Origin: an uncultured Veillonellaceae bacterium
Lineage (GTDB): Bacteria; Bacillota; Negativicutes; JARBTT01
Assembly (NCBI GenBank): GCA_963805085.1
Contig: CAWDTA010000002.1
Location: 320,001-384,000, forward strand
DNA: 64,000 nt
Direction of reading: 5' to 3'
In this document: piece after piece, positions 12,355-21,558 of the stretch
Layout: each line of letters opens with the position of its first letter
Numbering within the stretch: the stretch's first letter is position 1
The notes under the pieces: model-generated
What the model was told of the DNA's origin: nothing
What the model saw: the letters and a program-made list of their open reading frames with translations, nothing else
Databases searched by the model: none
Position numbers and translations under genes: made by a program

Positions 12355-12617
12355 TTTCTGTGTTGCTTGATATGGTATTAGTATTCTTTGTTAAAGCATA
12401 ATTATAAAAATGAAACTAAACTACAAGCTGCCTGAGCTGGTAATATTATGTTGAAATATAAGAAGGACATAGCATCAACTACGTCCTAAGAACTGAATAA
12501 TCTCACTTACTCAATCGAAACGTCCTGTTAGCGCAGGGCGTTTTGGTTTATTTAGTATATGTTGTTATAACGTTTTAAAACTATAAAGACAATAATTAGT
12601 TCATCTAATGCTTTCAT

Positions 12618-12641
12618 GTTTCAATCCACTCACCTGTGAAC
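12618..12641 (-). CRISPR. Solitary partial CRISPR-like repeat (type I-C style)
   Basis: Minus strand ...TTCACAGGTGAGTGGATTGAAAC; single copy, no array. Confidence 0.4.
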
Positions 12642-12921
12642 AATTCCCCTATCAGGCCCTGAACCTATTGATTAAGAGTCTTTAAAGTGACATTTATGTA
12701 CAATATGATATGTTGCAAACTATTGGTTTTGTTGGGTTTGTTGGGTTTATAGACTTTAATGTTTACATTAATTAGTATTAGCTGATGTCACTTCTAACAC
12801 GGGTGACATCAATTGTCATCGTTACCATAAAGCTTCACGGGGTCTAAAATCATCAAAATAGGGTATTGGTATGTTTGTATCAAAACGCTGATTCTGGGAA
12901 TTTTTTTACTCGAATAACATC

Positions 12922-13020
12922 TGTTGTACAATCCTAATCAAGAATGGAATCAATGTTAAAATAATTAGCAAAAGATAGGGACATTGTGATATTAAAATAA
13001 CATTGGAACTCTATATTCAT
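12922..13020 (+). pseudogene. Tyrosine integrase C-terminal relic
   Basis: Translates CCTILIKNGINVKIISKR*GHCDIKITLELYIH, the box II (L)GH...T...Y motif, with a stop in place of Leu. Confidence 0.8.
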
Positions 13021-13035
13021 TACCCCAAAATTTTT

Positions 13036-13689
13036 CTATCCAACAAGCGCTAATTCCATAAAATTATTCATCATAATACATGGACATAAAGAACCAGATT
13101 TTCGAAACAACCAGCCCTGTAAGAGTGAAAAAGCAAAAATAAACGTTATAAACTGCGACCAAGCAAGCGCATTATGCGCAATTTTATCGGCATTCACATA
13201 CCAAATAGGAAAATGGATACTCACGAACAACAAGCTCACTAACAAATTTGCTTTCCAAAAGGAAAAATGCTCCTTTATTTTTTGCAAGAAATATCCCAGA
13301 AATAATATCTCCTCAACGACTCCGGCGATAAACACAGTATTCATCCACTGCGTAAACGTAAGCCATGGAGAAAACACCATATTGGCATAAAACAGCGCAA
13401 TGCATAAGGATATAAAGCTAACACCCAGGACGCCCCACAGTATGGTCGCTCGCTTGCCGGAATCCAGCTTCAAATAAACAAATACCGTGTATTGTCCAAC
13501 CTTCAATATAGCAATGATCGGCAATAGCCAAACCGTTATTTCCCAAATTAGGCCAAACGCATCACTAAAAATAACTCCCTCCATTCTCAAAAAGGGAAAA
13601 AGAACAACTTCTGAAAGCGCCCAAATCATGTAATAGAAAACAATATGCTTTAAGAGACTGTACCGGTTACTTGTTTCTACAAAATTCAA
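13036..13689 (-). CDS. CPBP/CAAX (Abi) intramembrane protease, probably degenerate
   Basis: EEILFLG and FVSIH motifs; conserved Arg and the final HxxxN His are missing. Confidence 0.7.
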   Translation of the reverse strand: MNFVETSNRYSLLKHIVFYYMIWALSEVVLFPFLRMEGVIFSDAFGLIWEITVWLLPIIAILKVGQYTVFVYLKLDSGKRATILWGVLGVSFISLCIALFYANMVFSPWLTFTQWMNTVFIAGVVEEILFLGYFLQKIKEHFSFWKANLLVSLLFVSIHFPIWYVNADKIAHNALAWSQFITFIFAFSLLQGWLFRKSGSLCPCIMMNNFMELALVG

Positions 13690-13960
13690 TTCCTCCCCAG
13701 CCTTATATTGTCATACCTAGTTATTATATCACAGAATCCTTTATATTCTCTTTTTTCATTCCTCATAAGATATTGGCTCGACTGATTCCAAAGGAATTTT
13801 CATGTTTGCTGAAATGATTTTTCGCTGTTTGACTATTCCATTTCCTGCCAACAACTATTATTCCACAAAATTTCATACAAAATCTAGCTATATACTACCT
13901 AGTACTTATTTTAGATAAAAACCAACCCCAATCTCAATAAAAGAACTGGGGTTAATAGTA

Positions 13961-14879
13961 TTATTCAACTGTCGGAATAACCATAAAGCTAATAATTTTA
14001 TCAAAAGATAAATATTCTTTACTACGATCTACAGAATCATTAATTGCATAGCTCATAGTATCAGTACTTATATGCTGATTATACCAATTAACAAAACCAT
14101 CAGCTTCAGTATCCGTTAAACGATATTCACGCTCACTTGAATCAATCATAGTAACTCGCAATAATACTTCAGTACTATCTACTGGCGTAGCTGAAGCTTC
14201 ATTTGAATTAGCACTTTCACCATAAGTATTTAAAGCGGTTACTACATAATAATAGGTAGTCCCATTCGTTACGCTAGTATCTGCATAACTAACCAGTCAC
14301 ATTGCTAGCAATCGTTGTATATGTGCCACCTGCAGTTGTAGAACGTTTTACATTGTAGCTAGTTGCTCCGACAACTGCTGTCCATGATAATGTTACTTTG
14401 GAATCTCCTTCGGTAGCGGTTAAATTGGTTGGTGCAGCAATTGGTGAATAGGGTTTAAGTTCTCCTTTTTCATCGATATCAATAGCATCCAATCCAAAAT
14501 ATCCAGATGAAATGTTTTTAATTTCGCACCAATGTTCGCCATCGCTTAAATTATTTATTTCATATAATAAGACTTGATACTTTTGATTACCATACTCACT
14601 GTATGTGCCACAAACAATTCCATCAATTGTTACTTGTATTGACTGAGATCGATTAGTATATATCTGTTGAATAATTCGTAATTTCCCACCAGTAAAATTA
14701 AAAACTATCGATCCAGAGGCAGAAACTGTTGATCCAATCTGAGTTCCGTTGTACAAAGACTTCCCATCTGCACCAGTATTTCTTGTCCAACTTCCAATAT
14801 AGCTTATATTGCTGTCGGTATCATCATACCTTTTCCACCCCGTCTCAGGTGCTGTTAATTGTTCTCCTAGTGTTGCCAT
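13961..14879 (-). pseudogene. Fibronectin type III domain protein, frameshifted
   Basis: APTNLTATEGDSKVTLSW...; after 14291 another frame continues SYADTSVTNGTTYYYVVTA...EASATP...LLRVTMIDSSEREY, joining the two ORFs. Confidence 0.85.
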
Positions 14880-15105
14880 TTTACATTCCTCCAAATTAAT
14901 TTATTATTTTTGTGAACCCAATATAGCCAAGGAACTCTTATTTGCAATTGTATTTTTCCTGTTTATCGGCTTTCATCTATATACATTCTTATGAGCACAA
15001 TTTTTAAACACAAAAAATAAAAAAAGATGCAACCATAGTTACACCTATCAGAATAATCAACAACATTCCTACTAATCTTCATTATATTTTACTAAATTTG
15101 ACACG

Positions 15106-15192
15106 TGGAATAGCGTAGGGTAATACCGCCACCTCGGCTCACAAAGTACCCGCCTTTGGAATAGCAAAAGACACCCCGCCCTATGGAGTGCC
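15106..15192 (-). promoter_or_regulatory. GC-rich putative cis-regulatory RNA (terminator plus ops-like element)
   Basis: GGCACTCC/GGGGTGTC hairpin plus TTTT, then GCTATTCCA twice flanking AAAGGCGGGTAC...GAGCCGAGGTGGCGGTATTACCCTAC. Confidence 0.45.
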
Positions 15193-15228
15193 TATAAATA
15201 TACGATATAAATTTTATTGTGTACTTTC

Positions 15229-15580
15229 TCAATCTCTTTTTATCTCTTTAATTGTTTTTACTTCTTCCGCAAGCGCCGTAATATCTTCATCACTTTGCAA
15301 TTTTCTATTCGTATCAAACAACTCATATTGCTTAATCGCCAATTCTTTGGCGACAACGGCTGATACTTTTCCTGCATTTTCTAGCACTTGCCTATTGCTC
15401 CATTTGTGGAAATCCATCCCCACATTAAAACGCCCCCGATAGCCAATGGCTAATTGATTGTGAAATTGTACTGCTTGATATTACGTTTTATCTGTCTGTT
15501 TTTTTATTTTGAACTTGTAAGCATTCCTTACAAGTTGTATCTTCAAACAATTCACTCCCCACATATATAACATTTGCCAT
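15229..15580 (-). pseudogene. rhuM relic with a large internal deletion
   Basis: An AIGYR..VGMDFHKW segment is joined directly to SNRQVLENAGKVSAVVAKELA; matches both ends of copy 1. Confidence 0.85.
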
Positions 15581-15585
15581 TTTTC

Positions 15586-16594
15586 TCATAACTCTTCATC
15601 TAGCAGCTGTTGAAAATCTTCTAATCGCAATTCACGTTTTAATTCTTCTTCTGTTGGCAAATATGCCATATATTTTGAAGCGAAAATTTGTTGGTTATCT
15701 TCTGGTAGAGTATATCTGATAACGGCATCATTTTTTTCGGCACACAATACAATTCCAATAGGCTTAGTATCGCCTTCATTCATGAGTTCACGCATACATC
15801 TGCATTTGTCCGAGGTCTTGATGTGTTAACTTCCCCAATTTCAAATCAATCAGTACAAAACATTTTAGAATATAGTTATAGAAAACAAGATCGATATAAA
15901 AATGCTGTCCATCAAATGCGATATGTTTTTGCCGTGCAACAAAAGAAAATCCTCTGCCCATTTCCAATAAAAATTTCTGCAAATGGTCTATAATTGCTTG
16001 CTCCAAATCTTTTTCATAAAAATGCGGATTAGCTGACAAATCCAAGAACTCCAATACATAAGGATCTTTGATGATTTTCTCATATTCTGGCTTCGGCTCC
16101 AATTTTCCGATTTCAGCTGCAACTGCATCTTTGTCACGACTGGCAAGAATACGTTCATAATAAAGTGTTGTAATTTGCCGTTCTAGTTGACGTACACTCC
16201 ATCCTGATTGCACACATTCCTCTGTATAAAATCCCCGTATTTTATCATCAGAAACACGCATCAACAAACGATAATGCGACCAACTTAATTCGGGGCACAG
16301 TGTGCCCCGAATTGGATATGCAATATAAAATTGTCGCATTCGACGTAATTCACGTTCAGTAAAGCCTTTCCCAAATTCTTTTGTTAACTGCTGCGCTAAA
16401 AATTTCAATAAACCTTTACCGTAATCTGCCCTATCATTTTCACCACAAGAAATATAAATCTGTTCACCGATTTCCCAATATGCCTGCACCATTGCAAAAT
16501 TGACCGCTGTATATACTTTTTTCTGCGCAGTGATAACACTGCTACGAATTGTCTGATAAAGCTCTTTTGGTACAACTACATTTTTTTCTTTCAT
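15586..16594 (-). pseudogene. YhcG/DUF1016 PD-(D/E)XK nuclease, frameshifted
   Basis: YWEIG, LSWSHY, KDPYVLEFL, IDLVFYN, IDLK; break at QMQMY|RELMNEGD where the usual VNYxx is missing. Confidence 0.88.
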
Positions 16595-16855
16595 GATAAC
16601 TCTCCTCCAGACTTCCAGCAAGATCAGTTTCGAAATTCTATAGCCTTGCTTTTTAAATCAAAAACATTCTCCCGTACTGATTTCCATTAAATTCACATTT
16701 CCCTATAAGAAATAAAGTTCCTGCCAAAGTAACACATAGTTTGGCAAAAACTTTTATTGTCGATAATAAAATTAAAATTCCAACTATAAAAACTGACTAA
16801 CTTTTTATGCTGGTCAGTTTTTTATATGCTTATTGCTTCCCTTATCGACACATCA

Positions 16856-17237
16856 TCAATCCGACAACCTCGCTTCAATTCCTGCATAAAAACCATATCT
16901 AAATGCGAAATCACTTGCTAAACAATCATAGTCGTCAAGCTTTTTAATCAGGTCAGCTCTATCTTTTAAGTTCGGTTAAAATTTTACTGGCTGTATCATT
17001 ACTAGCATAACCATTGCACTCATCGGCAATTGATAACATTTGAATCAATCTTCCAAGATTGTACATACAAAGATTGAAGCAAAGATTTCCTGATTTATTA
17101 CCTTTCTCACTTAAAAATTGTCCAAAAAATTCAACCAACTTCACCTCTGAACCATTTTCCATCGGTATTGGAATTCTACATAATAATTCCTGAATTCTTT
17201 TCATTTCTCGCTTGTCCATATTATTCATATCTAGCAT
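16856..17237 (-). pseudogene. Hypothetical protein cassette copy 2, frameshifted
   Basis: MLDMNNMDKREMKRIQELL identical to copy 1; FRYGFYAG tail in another frame. Confidence 0.8.
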
Positions 17238-17314
17238 GCATATGCCCCCTATCATTATTTTTTCATAGTCTAAATAATTCGTTTACTATTCCTGTACCTT
17301 ACAAATGGACTAAT

Positions 17315-17414
17315 TAACCTCATAAGGTTATTATATTATCACTAGTCAATATTTTTTAACTCTATAAGGGTATTTTGTATTATTTAATTTGAAATTACTA
17401 ACCTCACATAGTAA
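17315..17414. promoter_or_regulatory. Three operator-like palindromes at 42-bp spacing
   Basis: TAACCTCATAAGGTTA (17315), TAACTCTATAAGGGTA (17357), TAACCTCACATAGTAA (17399). Confidence 0.65.
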
Positions 17415-17439
17415 TATAATAATAAAAGGAGGTTTTATT

Positions 17440-17670
17440 ATTATACAGTGTAATTTACGTAGGTTAATGGCGGATAATCGCATTGATGATATTACTGAAT
17501 TAATGCGATTATCAGATATTAGTCGAAATTCCATCAACAAACTTTACCGAGAAACCGACATAGAAACTATCAAACTTGAAACATTATTCAGGTTGTGTAA
17601 TACCTTCAACTGTAAATTATCTGATTTAATGGAATACATACCAGAGAACACGGATAATAAACAAATATAA
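17440..17670 (+). CDS. Xre/Cro-C1 HTH regulator (copy 2; probable ATT start)
   Basis: QCNLRRLMA...LCNTFNCKLSDLMEY; AAGGAGG RBS 7 nt before the in-frame ATT. Confidence 0.8.
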   Translation: MIQCNLRRLMADNRIDDITELMRLSDISRNSINKLYRETDIETIKLETLFRLCNTFNCKLSDLMEYIPENTDNKQI

Positions 17671-17697
17671 AAAGGTTCTTGATAATAGCAGAAAAAT

Positions 17698-17755
17698 AAA
17701 AACTTCCTTTCAGGTAAGAATTAAAATAAATTCAAACCGGAAAGGAAGTTTTTTT
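17698..17755. repeat. Dispersed palindromic element, copy B (terminator-like)
   Basis: AAAAACTTCCTTTCAGGT...ACCGGAAAGGAAGTTTTT. Confidence 0.75.
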
Positions 17756-17806
17756 ATCATTTAATATTTCAATCTACGCACTTGCGAAAGGTGCGATTTC
17801 ACTTGT

Positions 17807-18196
17807 TTATAAAATGAGTGGCAATATATATATAAGTATGATGATGATAAAAGCGATAATCAATTTTGGGGTTGGTTTTAAGGTTTTATCTTTTAATGTA
17901 AATTCACCAACGAGACGCGCTATCCAAAAAAATACTGTACCCAATAGTAAAACTTTTCCCAGCTCGGTAGTTGGTAACTCATAAGAAAATCTAATACTAA
18001 TATATCCAATTAAAAGCATAAACACAATGACAGCTACATTCAACATTTGAAAAACAGCTTGATTAATTGGAGACATTCGAGGTAGTTCTTCCTGCCAATT
18101 TAAAAATTTAAACCTCCAAAAGGCAGCATGGAAAAAGGCAAAAAACAAGTGGAAAGCACCTCCAACAATTAATAAAAGCGAGAAATAATTACTCAT
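17807..18196 (-). CDS. Hypothetical 4-TM membrane protein
   Basis: Hydrophobic segments, AAGGAG RBS. Confidence 0.75.
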   Translation of the reverse strand: MSNYFSLLLIVGGAFHLFFAFFHAAFWRFKFLNWQEELPRMSPINQAVFQMLNVAVIVFMLLIGYISIRFSYELPTTELGKVLLLGTVFFWIARLVGEFTLKDKTLKPTPKLIIAFIIIILIYILPLIL

Positions 18197-18323
18197 TTAA
18201 AAAGACTCCTTATAGTTTTTACGTAACATAAACTTTACTTTCTTAATTATGCCAATAGTAGAAAAACTTAATTTACCTTGGTAAATCGTATATATTTTAC
18301 TTTCTTGCCAACACCAACTATTT

Positions 18324-19091
18324 TCAACATATTCTTCTCAACCAATTTTTTAATAAACGTCCAGACATGGTTTGCGAAATGGATAATAATACTTCTACAT
18401 CTTTTCTCACTATAGAGCCATTTTCTTCTACAAGTTCCAAGATGATTTTTTCGTTGTCGTTTAATGCATTTTGTCGTAAAGGCATGTTTTTGTTAGGTAG
18501 GATAATTTTAAAAGCATTATCAGATGCTTCAATTTGCGGCTTTTCTCTACTATCCTTATAGCTATCTATAATTTTTTGTATACCAGTTCCATATGCTTCA
18601 ATGAGTTTCAAACGATAAAATACTGCTGCCAATTTTTCATTACGACACTGCGATACACCAAAGAGAATATCATTCATTGTAATCCCCTTAACTAGCCCGC
18701 CCAGAGACACAAACTCGATTCTATCCTCAAATATACTAATGAGAGTACTGCCACTGTACGAGTATTCTCGATGAACTAACGAATTCAAGAGTGCTTCCCG
18801 TAAAGCTTCTTCAGGGTAATCTTTATGATCAATGCGATATAATTTTGAAAATTCAGCTCTTGTTTTGTTATATAGATCAATAAAATTATAAACCTCATTC
18901 ATTTGATTGAGCAACGAACCACTAAATTCACGTCGATCTTTAAATACTGATTTTGTAACACCTTCAAAATAAGCCGCTTTAATGCTGTGTACACATTGAT
19001 CTGACAACAATAGTCCAAGGTTCGTGTAGATATGATCTGGTTTGATAGAATCTCTAATCATATTAGAAGCCTGCAAAGAGGTTTCATCCAC
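18324..19091 (-). pseudogene. AlbA/RecG-C (HATPase_c_4) transcriptional regulator remnant
   Basis: TNLGLLLSDQC, ALREALLNSLVHREY, RNEKLA, IEAYGTG; N-terminal domain missing and a poly-A frameshift in the C-terminal HTH. Confidence 0.75.
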
Positions 19092-19178
19092 ATTATCTTA
19101 AAACAAACTAAGGTAACCCATAAATGCAGTTACCCTAGCTTCAATTGGTTATATTCATTACTGTTCTTGCAACAACCA

Positions 19179-19886
19179 TCATTTCACATTCATCAATCTT
19201 AAATAATCTTTTTGTGCTTCAATCACTTGTTCAGCAATAAACTGAATAAATACTTCTTCTTTAACGTGTCCTTTTTCCAACGATGCGATATATTCACTTC
19301 TCAAAATCGGCGGGATGATTGTAATAGGGTAACCACTTTGTAATAAAACTAGGTTCATCAATAGCCGTGCTACTCTGCCATTTCCATCAATGAACGGATG
19401 AATATAAACAAATTCTTTATGAAATTTAGCTGCAAGCTCTACTGGATGTAGGTTTTCTTTGATCTGCTTCATTTGCACAATAAATTTCGCCATCAGTTCA
19501 GGTACAATTTCCGGCTCTGGCATTGGGTAATTTGAGCCACTAATGAAAACTCTTTGTTTACGGTAGTTACCAGCGCTTACTTCATTGATATTTTGGTAAA
19601 AAAGCCAATGTAATTTTTTGATATCTGCTTCGGTAATACTATTCGACGATACCAATTGATACATAAAATCATAGGCTCTGCTATGCCCCACCGCTTCTAA
19701 ATGATCACGTAACGGTTTTCCGCCTACCGTTGAGCCATCTTCTAAAACAACTTTTGTTTCCGATTCTGTCAAAGAATTTCCTTCCAAGGCATTACTGCTG
19801 TAAGTTAAGCCAATCCGAAAATATTGATTTAACTCTTTGATTTCAACACTATCTAAAGGACGTATACTCTTTATCCTTTCGTTCAT
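19179..19886 (-). CDS. fic: Fic family AMPylase (class II)
   Basis: HPFIDGNGRVAR catalytic motif and N-terminal SNALEGN inhibitory motif. Confidence 0.93.
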   Translation of the reverse strand: MNERIKSIRPLDSVEIKELNQYFRIGLTYSSNALEGNSLTESETKVVLEDGSTVGGKPLRDHLEAVGHSRAYDFMYQLVSSNSITEADIKKLHWLFYQNINEVSAGNYRKQRVFISGSNYPMPEPEIVPELMAKFIVQMKQIKENLHPVELAAKFHKEFVYIHPFIDGNGRVARLLMNLVLLQSGYPITIIPPILRSEYIASLEKGHVKEEVFIQFIAEQVIEAQKDYLRLMNVK

Positions 19887-20059
19887 TTGGTCAATTTTTT
19901 GAAATAAAGTAATGATAATTCACCTTCTTATCGTCTTTTTATTATCATATCATATTTCATTGATAAAATATAAATCTCGTGGGAATTTATGTATTTAAAA
20001 GTTGTATACATACGGAGAGATTTTCATCCGCCTATCCCTAGGCCCTTATTACCATATCA

Positions 20060-20144
20060 TCAATCCAATAACCTCACTTCAACTCCTGCATAAAAAGCCA
20101 TATCCAAAGGTGGGTCACTTACTAAACAACCATAATCGTCAAGC
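20060..20144 (-). pseudogene. 3' remnant of the cassette hypothetical gene (copy 3)
   Basis: Nucleotide match to 16856-16940. Confidence 0.75.
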
Positions 20145-20210
20145 TCTCGAAAGCATTTTCCTATCTCATATTAAGAGGAAATGAAAAATATAATTCATTT
20201 TTCATCACTA

Positions 20211-21230
20211 TTAATTTTTCTGTTCTTTTATTTGCTCCAAAATGCCCGTTTCTTGTATCATCTTAGCCAATTTATCACCATCGGAGTGCCATTTATCTTT
20301 GGAATCTTCGGAATTTAAATATTCCACTTGCAAGCCTAAATTTTCAATATTAGTTTTAAATTCTGGATCAGCAATCATTGCTTTAAAACCTTCTTCGAGC
20401 TTAGCTTTAATCTCTGGTGGTAACTCTTTTGGCGCTACCGCGCCAAACCAATTGGTTAATACAATATCAAAGCCTTGTTCCTTAAATGTTGGTATCTGTG
20501 CTAAGACCGGATCAGTTAATCTCTGGTCACATGTCACTGCTAGTGCTCTTAGCGTGCCAGTTTTAATTTGTTCTTTGACTACAGATGGATTAACAAAAGC
20601 AACTTGGATATGATTACCTAACAAAGCGGTAATCGCTTCAGTACCGCCGCGAAAGGGAACTTGTTCGAGATTTATATCGGTAATTTTGGCAAATAATTCG
20701 CCACTAATATGTGGTAGTGAACCTATACCTGGATGACCAAATTTCAATTGTCCTGGATACTGCTTAGCATATTTAATTATGGCATCAATATCTTGCCAAG
20801 GCTGGTTGGCTTGGACTACCATGATCAAGGGTGAAGTTGTAACTTGGGCAATTGGTTCTAAGGATGTTGGATAATGATATTTAGTTGCCCCGTATAATGG
20901 TTGTAGGAGTACATTAATATCGCTAATACCAAGTGTATATCCATCTGGACTGGCATTCGTCAGTTCATTCCAACCTAGAGTGCCAGTTCCACCTGGTTTA
21001 TTGACAACAACTAATGGCTGCCCTAAATATTTAGGTGCCAGCTTCTCCATTGTCCGAGCTACCAAATCCAAGCCTCCACCAGCACTAAAAGGTACAATGA
21101 TGGTAATAGGCCTATCTGGATACCTTTTTATAGCAGTTGTTGTATTGCTTTGCATTTCGCCGCAACCTCCAATTATGATTGAAATAAGTAATAAACATAT
21201 TGTTAACAACACTAAAATCTTTTTTTGCAC
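20211..21230 (-). CDS. tctC: TctC (copy 4)
   Basis: Same motifs, 339 aa. Confidence 0.93.
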   Translation of the reverse strand: MQKKILVLLTICLLLISIIIGGCGEMQSNTTTAIKRYPDRPITIIVPFSAGGGLDLVARTMEKLAPKYLGQPLVVVNKPGGTGTLGWNELTNASPDGYTLGISDINVLLQPLYGATKYHYPTSLEPIAQVTTSPLIMVVQANQPWQDIDAIIKYAKQYPGQLKFGHPGIGSLPHISGELFAKITDINLEQVPFRGGTEAITALLGNHIQVAFVNPSVVKEQIKTGTLRALAVTCDQRLTDPVLAQIPTFKEQGFDIVLTNWFGAVAPKELPPEIKAKLEEGFKAMIADPEFKTNIENLGLQVEYLNSEDSKDKWHSDGDKLAKMIQETGILEQIKEQKN

Positions 21231-21558
21231 TACAACATCTCCTTGTCTATCGTTTTACAATTAACGACATATTAATACAACAATGTTAAATATTGCTAAT
21301 TTATGTATATAACTTCGTCAATAAATATCAAATTCCTCCTAAATATTCAATTATTTAAATAGGTAACGGGTAAATAAAAATTCATATAACAATATTCAAA
21401 ACAAAAATGATATGACGACCAGACCTCATGTATTAATATAAATTTAATAAAAAGATTTAATATGAAATAAATAGTTGTTTTTTTTCTCCCTAATGAATGT
21501 ATATAAATAGAGCCGGTATACCGGGCTATTCAAAATTATTTTAAGGGGGGAATTGTTT

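Noticed and set aside
12743-12770. GTTTATAGACT... resembling the start of a type I-B repeat
   Set aside because: Only about 11 nt of similarity, single copy, no ATTGAAA end
8666-20613. Recurrent + strand ORFs of about 126 aa (MICSRMPVS...)
   Set aside because: Antisense shadows of the tctC paralogs; they recur only because the genes are duplicated
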